DNA of 64,000 nucleotides from Pyrodictiaceae archaeon (lineage in GTDB: Archaea; Thermoproteota; Thermoprotei_A; Sulfolobales; WAQK01). Positions 54,857-61,990 of the stretch are shown here, piece by piece. The position numbers were made by a program, and so were the translations under genes. Each line of letters opens with the position of its first letter. Position 1 is the first letter of the stretch. The stretch covers positions 134 through 64,133 of the forward strand of contig WAQK01000030.1 of assembly GCA_015520265.1 (NCBI GenBank), written 5' to 3'. The notes beneath the pieces were generated by a model that saw only the letters and a program-made list of their open reading frames with translations, searched no databases and was not told the origin of the DNA.

Positions 54857-55215
54857 GATACATGGTCGAACGTCTAAGGATGCTCATGGCTTGGAGACGC
54901 CATGCAGACCTCATAGCCACCGCGGTCAGAAGGGTTCTGCCCGGCGCAGAGGTTTACGTGGTTGGCGGGGCCACCGAGGAAAGGCTTACTGCGGTCAGTG
55001 ACATCGATATTCTTGTGGTCACGGAGACTGCGCCTAGAACCGCGATGAAGAGAGCAGAAATCATCGCAAGGAACAGGGAGGAGATGAAGAGACTCGGAAT
55101 TCAGAATTCATATCTCTACGAGATACACCTGGTTGGCCAGGCTGAGGCCCAAGAAATACCTAGAAAAGTCTGGAAGTATGAAAATAACATAGAGGCTGGC
55201 TCCAGTATTCATTAA
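54853..55215 (+). CDS. minimal nucleotidyltransferase (MNT) domain protein
   Basis: NTase motif VYVVGGATEERLTAVSDIDILVV. The TTG start overlaps the stop of the HEPN C-terminal fragment (ggTTGAga). Confidence 0.7.
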   Translation: MRYMVERLRMLMAWRRHADLIATAVRRVLPGAEVYVVGGATEERLTAVSDIDILVVTETAPRTAMKRAEIIARNREEMKRLGIQNSYLYEIHLVGQAEAQEIPRKVWKYENNIEAGSSIH

Positions 55216-55257
55216 TGTTCAACGTAATACTACAAGCAATGCGTTTGGAGGTGTACC

Positions 55258-56016
55258 GTGATGTTTGTAGTCATCATCGGGACTGCTGGTTCAGGGAAGA
55301 CCAGCCTGGTAGCGGCCTACTCGGAGTGGCTGGAGGGCCAGGGATACAGGGTGGCAAGGGTTAACCTGGACCCCGGGGCCGAGGGCCTCCCCTACTCCGC
55401 GGATTTCGACGTAAGGAACATGTTCACGGTCTCGGAGATCATGAGACGCTACAGACTGGGCCCCAACGGCGCCCTCATCAAGGCCAGCGACCTGATAGCC
55501 GGGAAAGTCTCGGAGATCCTGAGGCACAGGGTTTTCCGCAGGCTACACGACTTCGTCCTTATAGACACGCCTGGCCAGATGGAGATCTTCGTCTTCAGGG
55601 CCAGCGGGCCCAGGTTCATAGAGGGGCTCAAGACCCGGGGCCCCGTAGTGGGCGTCTTCCTGGTGGACGGCGAACTGGTCAAGTCGCCGGTCGACCTGGT
55701 GGTGGCGTGGCTCACGGGCCTCATAGTCCAAATGAAGATGGACATACCGGTGGTACCCGTGGTTAACAAGATGGACCTGGTGAGGGACGTGGAGGTTGTG
55801 GAGAAGCTGATAGAGGACCCCCTCTCGCTCCGCGAAGAGATAGCCGAGAAGGCGTCAGGCCTTATAGCCGACGTGGCCCTCGACATGGCCGAGATCCTCC
55901 ACAAGTCCACCAGCGCCTTCAGGCTCGTCGGCATCTCCGCCACGAGGAGGGAAGGGCTAGACGAGCTGCACAGCCTGGTGCACGAGGCCTTCTGCACATG
56001 CGGCGACCTGTCCTAG
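55258..56016 (+). CDS. GPN-loop GTPase (Npa3/XAB1/PAB0955 family)
   Basis: P-loop IIGTAGSGKTS, the diagnostic GPN motif (RLGPNGALI), DTPGQMEIF and NKMDL. Confidence 0.85.
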   Translation: MMFVVIIGTAGSGKTSLVAAYSEWLEGQGYRVARVNLDPGAEGLPYSADFDVRNMFTVSEIMRRYRLGPNGALIKASDLIAGKVSEILRHRVFRRLHDFVLIDTPGQMEIFVFRASGPRFIEGLKTRGPVVGVFLVDGELVKSPVDLVVAWLTGLIVQMKMDIPVVPVVNKMDLVRDVEVVEKLIEDPLSLREEIAEKASGLIADVALDMAEILHKSTSAFRLVGISATRREGLDELHSLVHEAFCTCGDLS

Positions 56017-56052
56017 CCTGGCAACATATATACACGGCGACACAAACATTAT

Positions 56053-56069
56053 TAGGCCTTTAGGCCTTT
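56053..56069. promoter_or_regulatory. tandem TAGGCCTT repeat (two AGGCCT palindromes) upstream of vapB, candidate operator
   Basis: The sequence taggcctttaggccttt was read directly, 18-34 nt upstream of the vapB ATG and downstream of an atatatac TATA-like box. Confidence 0.2.
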
Positions 56070-56086
56070 AGTTCTTAGGGTCCAAT

Positions 56087-56359
56087 ATGGGGAGCCTCAA
56101 AATCTACATTTCCAGCGAAACCGAGAAGAAGTTCAGAATGCTGGCAATGAAGCTATACGGCTACGGCAAAGGATCGCTGAGCGTGGCCGCCGAAAAAGCG
56201 CTAAGCGAGTGGATAGCCAAGGTCTCCGAGGCACTGGAGGTTGTGGGTCCCTTGGAAGACCCTGTCGAGGCCATCTATGGTATGCTGAAACACGTGAAGA
56301 AGAGCGGCGTCGAACTCCAACATGAGGCCAGGAGAATAAGGGCCGGAAAAACCAGGTGA
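56087..56359 (+). CDS. vapB: ribbon-helix-helix antitoxin (VapB-like)
   Basis: 90 aa. The N-terminal beta-strand plus two helices (LKIYISSETEKKFRMLAMKLYG...SLSVAAEKALSEWI) are typical of RHH/CopG. It ends 6 nt before a PIN gene. Confidence 0.6.
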   Translation: MGSLKIYISSETEKKFRMLAMKLYGYGKGSLSVAAEKALSEWIAKVSEALEVVGPLEDPVEAIYGMLKHVKKSGVELQHEARRIRAGKTR

Positions 56360-56365
56360 CATGGA

Positions 56366-56773
56366 ATGTTCGTTGACTCCAACATATTCCTGGAGGTCGA
56401 GCTAGCTCAGGAACACGGCGATGCCGCTAAGAGCTTCCTGAAAAAGATCCAGAAGGGCTCACTTAGCGCATATACAAGCGAGTTTCATGTCGACAGCGTA
56501 GTTGTAGTGATGGAGAACTACGGTGCCACCTGGAGAGACATAGCGGTCTTTCTGACCTCGCTCATACAGTACAGGGGTTTGACTATCTACCCGCTAACGG
56601 TGTACGATAAGATCAAGGCCACGGAACTGATGCGGGACTGGAACCTAGACTTCGATGATGCCTTGGCCGCGTACGTTGCCAAGAAGCTGGGCCTCAAAAC
56701 CATAGTCTCCTATGACGCCGATTTCGACAAGATACCGTGGCTCGAAAGACTAACCCCCGAAGACCTCCTCTAA
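56366..56773 (+). CDS. vapC: PIN-domain ribonuclease toxin (VapC)
   Basis: 135 aa. MFVDSNIFLE carries the first acidic residue, and later acidic residues (FDDALA, SYDADF) sit in the canonical PIN arrangement. Confidence 0.8.
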   Translation: MFVDSNIFLEVELAQEHGDAAKSFLKKIQKGSLSAYTSEFHVDSVVVVMENYGATWRDIAVFLTSLIQYRGLTIYPLTVYDKIKATELMRDWNLDFDDALAAYVAKKLGLKTIVSYDADFDKIPWLERLTPEDLL

Positions 56774-56783
56774 CCCAGCGATC

Positions 56784-57464
56784 CTAGTTCTCCTGCAGCT
56801 GCTTCTCCGACCCCCAGAACTGTCTGAACTCTTCCTCCAGGCTCCTCTCCTCGACCTCGCCGTAGGGCTCTTTTTCGCGGAAGACTCTAGCCTCATACCT
56901 GTAGAACTCGACGTCGGGGTCCAGCCAGCAGTGGGGAGGCATGCCCGCCTTGAGACAGGTCTCGGAGAGGAAGGTTTCGGGGTCCCAGCCGTACTCCACG
57001 GGTACCTGGGGGAGGAGGAGGCCCCTATAGATCCCCTTGGCCGCCACCAGGCCGTCGCGCCCTATCCTGACGCTGCGAAGCCTCTCCTCCGGCGTCCTGG
57101 GCATGGGTATGAGGGGTGAGAGCACGCTCACCTCGAAGGTCACATTGTCGAGTTCGGCGCTGCTCATGGGCGGGAACCTCGGGTCGCTCACAGCAGACTC
57201 CACGGCCACCCTGGCGACGGTCTCGGCCAGGGGGTCCCGCGGCTCTATGAAACCTATGCATCCCCGGAGGCTCCTATGCCTGTAGTCCTCGTAGACCTCT
57301 ATGGTGACGAACGCCGCTCCCGGCCTCATAAGCTTCTCAGGAGCGTCGCTGGGTTTAAGCACCTCGCCCTTCTCGAAGTAGTGCTCCACACTCCTCCTGG
57401 CAAGCCTGACCAGGTAGACGCCATCCTCCAGGCTGAGCTCCGACGGGTAGATGGGCTCGCTCAA
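56784..57464 (-). CDS. AMMECR1 domain protein
   Basis: 226 aa with the family-defining LRGCIGF motif and PxxxL(S/T)xxEL context. Confidence 0.85.
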   Translation of the reverse strand: MSEPIYPSELSLEDGVYLVRLARRSVEHYFEKGEVLKPSDAPEKLMRPGAAFVTIEVYEDYRHRSLRGCIGFIEPRDPLAETVARVAVESAVSDPRFPPMSSAELDNVTFEVSVLSPLIPMPRTPEERLRSVRIGRDGLVAAKGIYRGLLLPQVPVEYGWDPETFLSETCLKAGMPPHCWLDPDVEFYRYEARVFREKEPYGEVEERSLEEEFRQFWGSEKQLQEN

Positions 57465-57467
57465 CGG

Positions 57468-57959
57468 TCATCCCTCTTCTTCTAATCTGCTTCGGACACG
57501 TATAAGGGTCTCCTCTATCCCCCTCCAGTGACTGCCCCTCCAGTAGACCTTGCCGCACCTGATGCAACGCCAGAACTCGTCGTAGGCCTCGTAGACCCTC
57601 TGGGGCACCAGTCCCTTTATGTCAGGCTTATACATCCTGGCCAGCTCTCCGTTGCAGGCGGGGCACCTGCTCCTATCAGGGTCTATGCCCAGTCTTATAC
57701 CGGTGCCCCTCGCCACCTCCAGCAGGTACTCCTCTACACTGCTACCATCTATGAATATGCAGCGTCTCCCCCTCCTGCGAGCCCTTCTGCAGAGACCCCT
57801 ATCCTTGGTCAGCAGTATCCTGTCGGGCTCTTTGTCTAGCTGGCGGAGAACCCACCAGTCCTCCCTGTTGCCAGCATATATGGTGTCATAGCCCAGCATC
57901 CTGAGCCAGCGCGCCAGGTCGCCCAGCATGGCGTCGGCTATGAATCTCGGCTCACCCAT
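57468..57959 (-). CDS. Mut7-C / DUF82 PIN-like RNase domain protein with a C-terminal zinc ribbon
   Basis: RFIADAMLGDLARWLRMLGYDT and ILLTKDRGL, plus Cys pairs CPACNGEL ... CIRCGKVYWRGSHW. Confidence 0.8.
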   Translation of the reverse strand: MGEPRFIADAMLGDLARWLRMLGYDTIYAGNREDWWVLRQLDKEPDRILLTKDRGLCRRARRRGRRCIFIDGSSVEEYLLEVARGTGIRLGIDPDRSRCPACNGELARMYKPDIKGLVPQRVYEAYDEFWRCIRCGKVYWRGSHWRGIEETLIRVRSRLEEEG

Positions 57960-58021
57960 AATCTCCCGCCTCTCGTCTGCGCGGGAAAAGGGTTGGTGTG
58001 GGGGCTAATTAGAATGAGTGC

Positions 58022-58834
58022 CTAGGCCTTGAGGCTCAGGTGGAGGGCCACCTCGTCTAGACTCACCAGGCCGGTGGGGTCGCCGTCGCTGGTGACTATG
58101 ACTCCGCGGAGCTTCTTCTCCTTCATCATTCTCGCAGCCTCGCCCAGCGTGGCGTCGCCGGGCAGCGTGGGGGATCCCATTCTCATGGCATCCATCACTA
58201 GGAGCTTGGTGATCCTCTCCTTCATGTACTTGGCTGGCACCAGGTCGTGGAGCTGGAAGATCACGTATGCAAGCTCGTCTACGCTTACAGTGCCTACAAC
58301 CCTGTTAGCCTCGTCGACCACGGGGAGTATAGGGATATTGTTGTCCAGTATCAGCCTCCTGGCGTGGAGCACCTTGTCTCCAGGCCTCAGCCTGGCCGGT
58401 AGGGCGACGGCTATGTGGGTTAGAGGCGTGTCGTCATCCACAACTAGGTCCAGCAGCTGCCACTTGGTGATCAGGCCCACAACATCCTCGCCGTCCACCA
58501 CAGGGAGGCTGCTTATCCCGCGGGCCACCATGAGCTTGGCCGCCTCGTAGACCTCGACGTCGGGACCTATGATCTCTAGGTTTATGGACATGAAGCTGGA
58601 GACGTGGAGCCTGCCGGGCTTGGCTCCGCGGGTCCTCAGCGTGGCTAGCTTCGACAGGATATCCTTCTTGGTCATGATGCCCACCAGCTTCTTGTCCTCG
58701 AAGACCAGGACTCTGTCCATGCCCTTCTTCTCCATAACCCTTACAGCGTGGAGCAGGGTCTCATCCTTGTCCACCGACGCATAGTCCTCCACCATTATCT
58801 TGGACACCATCATGGCTTCACACCTCTTCTTCAT
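58022..58834 (-). CDS. CBS-domain-only protein (4 CBS motifs)
   Basis: 270 aa with four CBS repeats, for example VRVMEKKGMDRVLVFEDKKLVGIMTKKDIL and AKLMVARGISSLPVVDGEDVVGLITKWQLL. No other domain is present. It overlaps the upstream CBS gene by 4 nt. Confidence 0.85.
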   Translation of the reverse strand: MKKRCEAMMVSKIMVEDYASVDKDETLLHAVRVMEKKGMDRVLVFEDKKLVGIMTKKDILSKLATLRTRGAKPGRLHVSSFMSINLEIIGPDVEVYEAAKLMVARGISSLPVVDGEDVVGLITKWQLLDLVVDDDTPLTHIAVALPARLRPGDKVLHARRLILDNNIPILPVVDEANRVVGTVSVDELAYVIFQLHDLVPAKYMKERITKLLVMDAMRMGSPTLPGDATLGEAARMMKEKKLRGVIVTSDGDPTGLVSLDEVALHLSLKA

Positions 58835-59685
58835 AGTTTGGAGAGGGCTTGGAGTATGCTTAGCTTGGAAACTAGGCCTACAAGTCTTCCATCCTGATCG
58901 ACTACTGGGAGGCCCCCTATATTGTTGGCGACCATGGTGGATGCAGCCACGGCGAGGTCCTCGTCGGGCCGCGTCGTTATGGGGTCGGGTGTCATGACGT
59001 CGCCGGCTAGGGGGACGGTGTAGAACCTCACGGCCCCTGTACGGCCCTTCTCCAGCATGCTCACCCTCTTAATGAAGGTAGGCTTCCTACCCGCTAGTAG
59101 CGATGCGTCCATGAAGGCTAGATCGCTCTTCGTTATGATCCCTACGGGCTTGCCTCCCTCCACCACGACCACCTTGCCCACCTCGCTCATCTCGAGGAGC
59201 TCGGCGACGTAGAGGGCGGTGTGCATGCGCCCGACGGTGGGCACCTCCACGTGCATGTAGTCCTCCACCCTGGCCTTTCCAGGGTACCTTTCAGCGTAGG
59301 CCCTGGCCAGGTCGGTCCTGGTGATTATGCCTACCAGCATCCCGTCCTTGTCGACCACGGGGAGCCCGCTGATCCCGTGCCTCAGCATGGTCTCGGCGGC
59401 GGTCTTTATGCTGGCCGTGTCGGGTATCGTGGCTGGGTCGCGGGCCATTATCTGCTCCACAGTTATCGTGTCGAGGGGCCTGCGGGCCATCCTCCTGTCG
59501 GCCAGGATCTTTACGAAGTCGTGCTTCGTGACTATGCCCACGGGTCTGAGGCCCTCCACCACCACTACCCTTCCTATGTTGGACCTTATCATTAGGTTCC
59601 TGACATAGGCCAGGGTGTCTGTGGGCCTGACCACTAGTACAGGGAACGACATGTAGTCTCTGACCCTAGGCGCCATGCTGGTCAC
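58831..59685 (-). CDS. CBS-domain-only protein (4 CBS motifs)
   Basis: 284 aa with four CBS repeats (..MLRHGISGLPVVDKDGMLVGIITRTDL.., ..MVANNIGGLPVVDQDGRLVGLVSKLSIL..). It has 4-nt overlaps at both ends. Confidence 0.85.
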   Translation of the reverse strand: MTSMAPRVRDYMSFPVLVVRPTDTLAYVRNLMIRSNIGRVVVVEGLRPVGIVTKHDFVKILADRRMARRPLDTITVEQIMARDPATIPDTASIKTAAETMLRHGISGLPVVDKDGMLVGIITRTDLARAYAERYPGKARVEDYMHVEVPTVGRMHTALYVAELLEMSEVGKVVVVEGGKPVGIITKSDLAFMDASLLAGRKPTFIKRVSMLEKGRTGAVRFYTVPLAGDVMTPDPITTRPDEDLAVAASTMVANNIGGLPVVDQDGRLVGLVSKLSILQALSKL

Positions 59686-60632
59686 CTCCCAGCCGCGAGG
59701 GCGTATAGAACATCCCTCTCGGTTATAATCCCCTTAAGCCTGTCGTCCTCCACCACCAGGAGGCTGCTAACACCCTTGTCCATCATTTCGGTAGCCGCAT
59801 CGCCCACGTCGGCGTCGGGGCTTATGGTGTAGTAGTCGCTCCTCATCACCTCGTTGACGCTCACCTTCATGGCGTCCTCCATTCTGCCGGAGACGGCGTG
59901 CTTGTAGGCCTCGTGGCTGCCGAAGAACCTGATGATGTCCTTCGCCGTTATCATGCCCTTCACGACGCCCTCACTGCTGACCACTGGGAGCCTCCTGAAG
60001 CTGTACTTGATCATGGTCCTGGCGGCGTCGAGCAGGGTGGCCTCCACGTTTATGGTGACCACGTTCCTGGACATTACCTCACCCACAGTGACGCCCACCT
60101 TCTTCTCCACAAGCCTCCGGACTATGTCATGCTCGGTTATCACGCCGTACAGCCTGCCGTCAGGCTCTACCACCACTACAACGCCCACACCCTCTATCAC
60201 CATCCGCTCCAACACCTTGCTGAGCTTCTCATGGGTCGTCGCCACGACTGGGTGGGGGTCCATGATGCTGGAGACCGGCTCAGAGAGGGCGCCGTATATG
60301 GAGCCCTGATGCCTCTCCACCACTATTTTGTGGAGCTCGCCACCGCCCAGGTACTCCACGACCCTGGACGCGGTGACGAGGCCCTCCAGCATCCTGTCAC
60401 TGGGCTTCGCCACTGGGAGCACCCTCACGTTCTTCTCGTACATGGTGTCTATGGCTTCACCCACCGGGGTGGTCGGCGACACGTAGTAGACGGGCCTGGT
60501 AGCCAGGATCTCCAGCTCCCCCTCACGCCTGTACAGCCTGTTGGAGAAGTTGGGCTTTCCGTCGCTTCTCAGCCACCTAATCCCCTCAGGCCTCCTAACC
60601 ACCGGTCTGAAACCCCTGCTCACGTGTATCAC
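59682..60632 (-). CDS. CBS-domain-only protein (4 CBS motifs) with a 45-aa basic N-terminal extension
   Basis: 316 aa with four CBS repeats (..MYEKNVRVLPVA.., ..MVIEGVGVVVVVEPDGRLYGVITEHDIV.., ..MIKYSFRRLPVVSSEGVVKGMITAKDII.., ..MMDKGVSSLLVVEDDRLKGIITERDVL..). Confidence 0.85.
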   Translation of the reverse strand: MIHVSRGFRPVVRRPEGIRWLRSDGKPNFSNRLYRREGELEILATRPVYYVSPTTPVGEAIDTMYEKNVRVLPVAKPSDRMLEGLVTASRVVEYLGGGELHKIVVERHQGSIYGALSEPVSSIMDPHPVVATTHEKLSKVLERMVIEGVGVVVVVEPDGRLYGVITEHDIVRRLVEKKVGVTVGEVMSRNVVTINVEATLLDAARTMIKYSFRRLPVVSSEGVVKGMITAKDIIRFFGSHEAYKHAVSGRMEDAMKVSVNEVMRSDYYTISPDADVGDAATEMMDKGVSSLLVVEDDRLKGIITERDVLYALAAGR

Positions 60633-60641
60633 CTCAGGAAC

Positions 60642-61424
60642 CTACCTCTCTAGGCCCAGTAGTGCCCGGGCCACGTCCTCCCTGTCAACAATGCCGAGGA
60701 GCTTCTGCCCCTCGGCTATGAGCACTCTGCCTATATCGCGGTCCAGCATGAGCCTAGCGGCCTCGCCCACCGTGGCGGTGGGCGGGAGGGTTATGGGTGA
60801 GGTGTTCATTACCCGCCTCACCTGGGGCCCGCTGCGGGGCGACTCGAGTTCGGCGCGGGTAAGCCTCCTCCTGATCAGGTCTATCTGGGTGACTATGCCT
60901 ACCAGCCTCCCCTTCCTGTCCAGTATGGGGATGCCGGCGTACCTGTGGCGCATCATGTCGGCCCATATCTTGCCTATAGGGTCGTCCAGTGTTGCCGTTT
61001 TGACGTCCCTGGTCATTATCTCCTCGACCCTCCTGGCCTCGGCCCTGGGGTTCCTGCCCAGGTAGGCGCGGATAACGTCCTCCAGGCCCAGGATGCCCAG
61101 GTACCTGCCAGCCTCTGAGACCGGGGCGTACCACTCGTCTATGCTGAGCATCCTGGAGACGGCTGAGACAACATCGTCCTCAGGGGACACTGTTATGACG
61201 GGTGGCACCATTATGTCCTTGACCAGGAGGTTGGACCTGGTCTCGGTGACCCCGAGGACCTCCACCCTCCCCACGGTGCCCTGGATCCTTTCGTCCTCGA
61301 CCACGGGGATGATCCTGACGCCCGTGTCCCTCATCAGGGAGCGGGCACGGGTGGCCAGATCGTCTGGCCTAAGGGTGGGGAAGCGGGTGTTTAGAAATAG
61401 TCTAACCTCCAAACAGGTGTTCAC
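60642..61424 (-). CDS. CBS-domain-only protein (4 CBS motifs)
   Basis: 260 aa with four CBS repeats (..MRDTGVRIIPVVEDERIQGTV.., ..MMRHRYAGIPILDRKGRLVGIVTQIDL.., ..MLDRDIGRVLIAEGQKLLGIVDREDV..). Confidence 0.85.
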   Translation of the reverse strand: MNTCLEVRLFLNTRFPTLRPDDLATRARSLMRDTGVRIIPVVEDERIQGTVGRVEVLGVTETRSNLLVKDIMVPPVITVSPEDDVVSAVSRMLSIDEWYAPVSEAGRYLGILGLEDVIRAYLGRNPRAEARRVEEIMTRDVKTATLDDPIGKIWADMMRHRYAGIPILDRKGRLVGIVTQIDLIRRRLTRAELESPRSGPQVRRVMNTSPITLPPTATVGEAARLMLDRDIGRVLIAEGQKLLGIVDREDVARALLGLER

Positions 61425-61480
61425 CGTGTTACCTATGTTTGTGGGGTCTAAAATTGGTTTACGCCGGGAAACCTCCGGGT

Positions 61481-61921
61481 TCAGAAGCCCCGTGCGGAGC
61501 CCGAGCCTACGTAGAGGAGTTCTATAAGCTCAGGGGCCAGCCTCACTATGTCGTGTTCGGCCAGGATGCCTATGAGCTTGGAGCCCTGCACCACGGGGAG
61601 GTGGCCTATCCCCTTGTCGGCCATTATCTTGGCGGCGTCCTTGAGCGGCATGTCGGGGTCCACCATTATCAACGGGGAGCTCATGACGTCCTTGGCCCTC
61701 ACCTCGGCGGGGTGCCTCTTGACCGCGAGGACCCTGGCTATAAGGTCTTGCTCCGTTATGATGCCTACAGGGTTGCCGTCCTTGTCCACCACGATGACGC
61801 TGCCTATACCGTTGTCCATCATTATCCTCGCCACGTCGGTGACCGGCGTGTCGGGGGTAACCGTGATGGGGTCGGGTGTCATTATGTCCCTGACCCTGAG
61901 TCCTGTAAGCTCCTCGCTCAT
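61481..61921 (-). CDS. CBS-pair (single Bateman module) protein
   Basis: 146 aa with two CBS repeats (RIMMDNGIGSVIVVDKDGNPVGIITEQDLI; KIMADKGIGHLPVVQGSKLIGILAEHDIV). Confidence 0.85.
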   Translation of the reverse strand: MSEELTGLRVRDIMTPDPITVTPDTPVTDVARIMMDNGIGSVIVVDKDGNPVGIITEQDLIARVLAVKRHPAEVRAKDVMSSPLIMVDPDMPLKDAAKIMADKGIGHLPVVQGSKLIGILAEHDIVRLAPELIELLYVGSGSARGF

Positions 61922-61990
61922 AAGTCGCTCATCCCCGGGTTAGTCTCTACGGCTGGGTATTTAAACCTGTGTTTAATAGTTCGTTGAAGC

